Assembly (NCBI GenBank): GCA_947631855.1 | Contig: CANRMX010000003.1 | Coordinates: forward strand, 10,728-74,727 | Direction of reading: 5' to 3' | DNA length: 64,000 nt | Source: an uncultured Clostridia bacterium | Lineage (GTDB): Bacteria; Bacillota; Clostridia; Oscillospirales; Acutalibacteraceae | Part shown: in pieces, positions 59,389 through 64,000 of the stretch | Layout of the letters: each line of letters begins with the position of its first letter | Position numbering within the stretch: the stretch's first letter is position 1 | Notes under the pieces: model-generated | Told to the model about the DNA's origin: nothing | The model's database searches: none | The model's input: the letters and a program-made list of their open reading frames with translations, nothing else | Program-made: the position numbers and the translations under genes

Positions 59389-60237
59389 GTGGATTGGCTG
59401 GAAACCGTGCGGCAGGCGGTGGCGTTCATCGAGGCCCACCTGACGCAGGACATCACCCCGGCGGATGCGGCCCGGGCGGTGTATCTCTCCCCGTTCTATT
59501 TTTCCCGGGGCTTCGCGGCCCTTTCCGGGTACACCGTGGGGGAATACATCCGCAGGCGGCGGCTGTATCTGGCGGCCATGGAGTTGGTGCGCACCAACGC
59601 CCGGGTGCTGGACGTGGCCCTGGCCTTTGGCTATGACAGCCCGGAGAGCTTCACCAAGGCGTTCCGGCGGCAGTTCGGCGCCACGCCCGCCCAGGTGCGC
59701 CGCACCGGGCGCATTCCCCACCCGTTTCTTCCGCTCACCGTCACGACCCATGTACAGGGAGGTACAGACATGAATGTAAAGATCGAGCACAAGGACAGCT
59801 TCCGGGTGGCGGGCATCTCCCGCCGCTTCCAGAACGAAACGGGCTACCGGGACATTCCCGCCTGGTGGGACGAACTGAACGAAAAGGCCAGGACCGACCC
59901 GGACATCCGGGCGCTGGGGCAGATCGCGGTCTGCGTGGACGAGGGCGGCCGGGAGGATTTTGCCTACTGGGTGGCCCGGCCCTACACGGGCGGAGAACTT
60001 CCACCCGGGCAGGCGGTGCTGGAGATCGGCCCCCACACCTGGGCGGTGTTCACCTGCACCGGGCCGTTGCCCGGCGCCATGCAGACCGTGAACACCCAGA
60101 TCTTCGCCTCCTGGCTGCCCACCAACGGCCAATGGGAGCTGGACGAAAGCCTGACCGTGGAGAACTATCTGCCCGGCGATATGAGCGCCCCGGACTACAA
60201 AAGCGAGATCTGGCTGCCGGTCAAGCCTCGGGCGTGA
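59389..60237 (+). CDS. AraC-family regulator with a C-terminal GyrI-like effector domain
   Basis: FIEAHL, LSPFYFSR, EYIRRRRL, GYDSPESFTKAF; EIWLPV; GTG start with AAGGAGG RBS. Confidence 0.85.
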   Translation: MDWLETVRQAVAFIEAHLTQDITPADAARAVYLSPFYFSRGFAALSGYTVGEYIRRRRLYLAAMELVRTNARVLDVALAFGYDSPESFTKAFRRQFGATPAQVRRTGRIPHPFLPLTVTTHVQGGTDMNVKIEHKDSFRVAGISRRFQNETGYRDIPAWWDELNEKARTDPDIRALGQIAVCVDEGGREDFAYWVARPYTGGELPPGQAVLEIGPHTWAVFTCTGPLPGAMQTVNTQIFASWLPTNGQWELDESLTVENYLPGDMSAPDYKSEIWLPVKPRA

Positions 60238-60259
60238 GCATTTCGCACCCAAAACGCAA

Positions 60260-60420
60260 AGTTTTCGCCCGCCTTTTTCAAAAGGCGGCGGGGGTATGGG
60301 GGCAGCGCCCCCATAAAATACGCAAAGAAAGCGCAGGAGGGGCGAAAAACAGTCCAGTGGACTGTTTTTCGGTGGGGAACCCTCGCAGGGGGTTCCCCAA
60401 GGGCTTCCGCGCGGTAAGAA
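60260..60420. repeat. intergenic chain of GC-rich palindromes (REP-like)
   Basis: ccgccttttt-c-aaaaggcgg, tatggggg..cccccata, gaaaaacagtcca-g-tggactgtttttc, ggggaaccc..gggttcccc. Confidence 0.6.
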
Positions 60421-60458
60421 AGTCGCCCCGCAGCGCATCTCTTTCCATATGAAAAGGC

Positions 60459-60482
60459 AAGGCTCCCCAAACGGGGAGCCTT
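60459..60482 (-). terminator. terminator of glyQS (copy 2 of duplicated hairpin)
   Basis: aaggctcccc-aaac-ggggagcctt. Confidence 0.65.
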
Positions 60483-60495
60483 TGCTTATTCAAAA

Positions 60496-61896
60496 TCAAA
60501 ACCCAATTCTCTGCCCGATGTAGTCCCGCAGGGCCGCGATGGGCATGCGCACCTGCTCCATGGTGTCCCGGTCGCGGACGGTGACGCAGTTGTCGCCAGG
60601 GGTGTCGCCGTCGCCCACGGTCTCGAAATCCACCGTGACGCACAGCGGCGTGCCGATCTCGTCCTCCCGGCGGTACCGCTTGCCGATGGAGCCCGTCTCG
60701 TCATAGTCCGTCATGAAGGAGCGGGACAGCTCCTCATACACCTCCTGCGCCTTGCCGGAGAGCTTCTTGGAAAGGGGCAGCACCGCCGCCTTATAGGGGG
60801 CCACCGCCGGGTGGAGATGCAGCACCGTGCGCATATCCGGCTTCTCCGCCGTGCCCAGATTCTCCTCGTCGTATGCTTCGCACAGCAGCGCCAGCACCGT
60901 GCGGTCCAGGCCGTAGGTGGATTCGATGATGTAGGGGATGTACCGCTCCCCGGTCTCCGGGTCCAGATAGGTGAGATTCTGCCCGCTGTACTCCTGATGG
61001 CGGGACAAGTCGTAATCGGTGCGGTTGTGGGTGCCGTTGATCTCTCCCCAGCCGAAGGGGAACAGGAACTCGATATCGCAGGCAGCCTTGGCATAGAACG
61101 CCAGCTTCTCGTGGTCGTGGAAGCGCAGGTGCTCCGCCGCGATGCCCAGGTCCTCAAAATACTGCCGGCCATAGGCTTTGAAATATTCGTACAGCTCCCC
61201 GTCCGTGCCCTCCTTGCAGAAGGTCTGGAACTCCATCTGCTCAAATTCGATGGTGCGGAAGGTGAAGTTGCCGGGGGTGATCTCGTTGCGGAAGGCCTTG
61301 CCGATCTGCCCGATGGAGAAGGGCAGCTTCGCCCGCATGGTGCGCTGGACGTTGAGGAAGTTCACATACTCGCCCTGGGCGTTCTCCGGGCGGAGATAGA
61401 TCACGCTTTTGGAATCGTTGGTGACGCCGCGATAGGTCTGGAACATCAAATTGAATTCCCGGATGTCGGTGAAATTGTGCTTGCCGCAGTTGGGGCAGGG
61501 GATGTGATGATCCTTGATGAACTGGAACATCTCCTCCTTGGTCATGGTGTCCGGGTGGGCGTCGGGATCAAAGGCCTCGATGAGGTTGTCCGCCCGGTGG
61601 CGGGTCTTGCACTCCTTGCAGTCCAGCAGGGGATCGGAAAAGCCCGCGATATGCCCGCTGGCCTCCCACACCCGGGGGTGCATCAGGATGTCCGCGTCCA
61701 CCTCGAAGCTGTTCTTCCGCTCCTGGATAAACCGCTTGCGCCAGGTGTCCTTTACGTTGTTTTTCAGCCTTGCTCCCAGCGGGCCGTAGTCCCAGGTGTT
61801 GGCCAGGCCGCCGTAGATGTCGCTGCCCGCGAAGATAAAGCCCCGGTTCTTGCACAGGGCCGTGATCTTGTCCATGGTCTTTTCGGTTGGATTCAT
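60496..61896 (-). CDS. glyQS: glycine--tRNA ligase (homodimeric type)
   Basis: IYGG..WDYGPLG, LRPE.AQG, FRNEITPGNF, GSIGKRYRR.DEIGTP. Confidence 0.95.
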   Translation of the reverse strand: MNPTEKTMDKITALCKNRGFIFAGSDIYGGLANTWDYGPLGARLKNNVKDTWRKRFIQERKNSFEVDADILMHPRVWEASGHIAGFSDPLLDCKECKTRHRADNLIEAFDPDAHPDTMTKEEMFQFIKDHHIPCPNCGKHNFTDIREFNLMFQTYRGVTNDSKSVIYLRPENAQGEYVNFLNVQRTMRAKLPFSIGQIGKAFRNEITPGNFTFRTIEFEQMEFQTFCKEGTDGELYEYFKAYGRQYFEDLGIAAEHLRFHDHEKLAFYAKAACDIEFLFPFGWGEINGTHNRTDYDLSRHQEYSGQNLTYLDPETGERYIPYIIESTYGLDRTVLALLCEAYDEENLGTAEKPDMRTVLHLHPAVAPYKAAVLPLSKKLSGKAQEVYEELSRSFMTDYDETGSIGKRYRREDEIGTPLCVTVDFETVGDGDTPGDNCVTVRDRDTMEQVRMPIAALRDYIGQRIGF

Positions 61897-62143
61897 GAGG
61901 ATTACCGCCTTTCGCGTTCTTTTCACAGTGCTTTATTGTAGCATGATTGCCGCCGGATTGCAAGAGGGCAGCGCGGTTCTTCCGGGCCGGGCGACCTGCT
62001 TTCCACACGCCCGGGAGAGGATGGGCATCCTTTCGTGTTTCGTAAAATTTTTCCACAAAACTTGTTGACATTTCACAAGAATCGTTGTAGTATACTTGTA
62101 GAAGATACCGTTTGAATCTACAAGAGGAAAGGAGTGCGGAAGG

Positions 62144-63034
62144 ATGAAAAAGCTCAAAAAACGGCGCGGATGGATCATCGCGGCCTGCGGGGCCCTGGCG
62201 CTTGTCCTTGTGGGCGTCACGGCGGGGGTGCTCTTCCTGCCGGGGACGGGCCCGGCCCAGGCAAAGACCCTGCCGGAGCCGGTGTGCTGGCACTCCGATC
62301 CGCCCACCAGCGGGACTTATCTGGGCGTGGACGTGAGCACGATCCAGGGTGATCTGATCCACGAGGGAGACGTGCAGAATGTGTATGCGGCTGTTGCCCT
62401 TGCCTCCCACACCCGAGAAGAGCTTCTCAAGGGGTGCAACGTCGCTCTCACCTGCCGGTTGGAGGAAGTATCTGACGCCTACCGCCTTTTTGCGCCACAC
62501 CACATTGACAACTACACCAATTACTATTTCACCCCCATCGACATTTACCGGGGCAAAGAATTTGTAGGCGATTATGTGACGCTGCGCGTTCCGGGCGGGC
62601 TGGCCGGCGGCTACAATATAGAATATTCGGACAGCTATCATTTTGAAGTTGGCAAAGAGTACCTGCTGCTGTTGCAGACCCCCAATTACCAAGGCGGCAA
62701 CGCCACCCCCGATGAATACTTCACCCTGATGGGCGGGATCTATGGCGTATACACCAACAGCGGCTCGACTGCTCCGCTGACCGAGGACACCACGCTGAAA
62801 AGCGGTATGGGCGATCTGGTGAAGCTGGGCAAGATGATCCGGGACATCGAGGCGGTGAACGAGACCGATCCGCCTGTGGAGGACATCGCCTGGCAGATGG
62901 ATCTGGCGGCCTGCAAGGCCAGCCTGGAAAGCGGCGTGATCACCCAGGAGGGCTATGAGGAGCTGACCACGCCTGCCGACACCTACGCCGTGTACGTCAC
63001 GGAGATCCCGCAGTACAGCAAGGCGAAAAAGTAA
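62144..63034 (+). CDS. hypothetical exported/membrane-anchored protein
   Basis: AAGGAG RBS, basic N-terminus plus hydrophobic helix; upstream TTGACA at 62065; no family recognised. Confidence 0.65.
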   Translation: MKKLKKRRGWIIAACGALALVLVGVTAGVLFLPGTGPAQAKTLPEPVCWHSDPPTSGTYLGVDVSTIQGDLIHEGDVQNVYAAVALASHTREELLKGCNVALTCRLEEVSDAYRLFAPHHIDNYTNYYFTPIDIYRGKEFVGDYVTLRVPGGLAGGYNIEYSDSYHFEVGKEYLLLLQTPNYQGGNATPDEYFTLMGGIYGVYTNSGSTAPLTEDTTLKSGMGDLVKLGKMIRDIEAVNETDPPVEDIAWQMDLAACKASLESGVITQEGYEELTTPADTYAVYVTEIPQYSKAKK

Positions 63035-63049
63035 AACCCTGCACACACA

Positions 63050-63077
63050 AAAAGACCCGGCGTCCTGCCGGGTCTTT
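63050..63077. terminator. bidirectional intrinsic terminator
   Basis: aaagacccggc-gtcct-gccgggtcttt between convergent genes. Confidence 0.7.
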
Positions 63078-63089
63078 CTTCATGGCTTT

Positions 63090-64000
63090 TTACCGGCGGC
63101 TGCCGTGATCCCGTCTGGGCGGACGGCGGTCCCTGCGGGGGCCGCGGTCGTCGCTGATGTCGTTCTCCGGCACCGCGCCGTCCAGGTCGATCAGCGCGTC
63201 CCGGCGGGACAGATTCAGCCTGCCCTTGTCGTCGATCTCCAGCACCTTCACCTTCACCACGTCGCCCACGTTCACCACGTCGGTGACGTTCTCGGTGCGC
63301 TTCACATCCAGCCGGGAGATGTGCACCAGCCCCTCCTTGCCCGGGGCGATCTCCACGAAAGCGCCGAAATCCATGATCCTCGTGACCCGGCCGTTGTAGT
63401 AGCTGCCCGGCTCGGGATCGTTGACGATGGTGTCGATGATATCCAGCGCCCGGCGGCATTTGTCGATATCCAGGCCCGTGATGTACACATGGCCGTCCTC
63501 TTCCACGTCCATGGTGATCTCGCACTCGGCGCAGATCTTCTGGATCACTTTGCCGCCCGTGCCGATCACCTCGCGGATCTTGTCCACGGGGATCTGGGTG
63601 GAGAGCATCTTGGGCGCGTACTTGGAAAGCTCGGGACGCACCTCGGGAATGGCCTTGAGGATGATCTCGTCAATGATGTAGTTGCGGGCCTTGTGGGTCT
63701 TTTCCAGCGCATCCTTCACCATCTCGGGGGTGAGGCCGTGGATCTTCAAGTCCATCTGGATAGCGGTGATGCCCTTCTTGGTGCCGCCCACCTTGAAGTC
63801 CATATCGCCGAAGAAATCCTCGATGCCCTGGATATCCACCATGGTCATCCAGCGGTCGCCCTCGGTGATGAGGCCGCAGGAAATGCCCGCCACCGGCGCC
63901 TTGATGGGCACGCCCGCATCCATCAGGGCCAGCGTGGAGCCGCAGATAGAGGCCTGGGACGTGGAGCCGTTGGAGGAGAGCACTTCGCTCACCAGCCGGA
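63090..64000 (-). CDS. pnp: polyribonucleotide nucleotidyltransferase (3' part; runs off right edge)
   Basis: SNGSTS.AS, GDMDFKV.GT, KH (VIGTGGKVI) and S1 (FGAFVE..GLVHIS) domains. Confidence 0.95.
   Translation of the reverse strand, partial: RLVSEVLSSNGSTSQASICGSTLALMDAGVPIKAPVAGISCGLITEGDRWMTMVDIQGIEDFFGDMDFKVGGTKKGITAIQMDLKIHGLTPEMVKDALEKTHKARNYIIDEIILKAIPEVRPELSKYAPKMLSTQIPVDKIREVIGTGGKVIQKICAECEITMDVEEDGHVYITGLDIDKCRRALDIIDTIVNDPEPGSYYNGRVTRIMDFGAFVEIAPGKEGLVHISRLDVKRTENVTDVVNVGDVVKVKVLEIDDKGRLNLSRRDALIDLDGAVPENDISDDRGPRRDRRPPRRDHGSRR

Noticed and set aside
61897-62100. T-box riboswitch upstream of glyQS
   Set aside because: A TTGCAA-17-TACAAT promoter at 61963-61935 lies ~40 nt from the ATG, leaving no room, and no T-box motif is seen

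Overview
Chromosomal window of a high-GC Clostridia-class Firmicute (Oscillospiraceae/Acutalibacteraceae-like, inferred from gene content). Bases 1-24.2 kb are an accessory region of mixed, mostly lower GC downstream of tRNA-Pro(UGG). It holds a minus-strand Wzx/Wzy surface-polysaccharide locus (flippase, EpsG polymerase, priming transferase, GTs, LicD, WecB, two pyruvyl-transferase-family genes, FrhB-like, MenD-like, B12 radical SAM, three acyltransferase-3 genes), headed by an SF2 helicase with 8 helicase-associated repeats. The locus shows two apparent layers of phase variation. (1) A ~375 bp segment carries a near-consensus sigma-A promoter that points away from the locus, and is bracketed by inverted tyrosine-recombinase-type sites (two alternative left sites, and one right site that doubles as a terminator). 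No recombinase is visible in the window. (2) Five G10-11 tracts all have the context C-G(10-11)-TA. They frameshift all three acyltransferases and set translational coupling at two gene junctions. Bases 24.3-64 kb are mostly core genome: metabolic genes, an XpaC-TelA-TPM operon, a divergent APH(3')-like gene behind a four-way-junction leader, the complete S10-spc-alpha ribosomal cluster (with an L4 G69D loop substitution and an atypical S10 loop), yicI, glyQS, partial pnp and REP-like palindromic clusters. All switching behaviour is inferred from sequence architecture, not observed.
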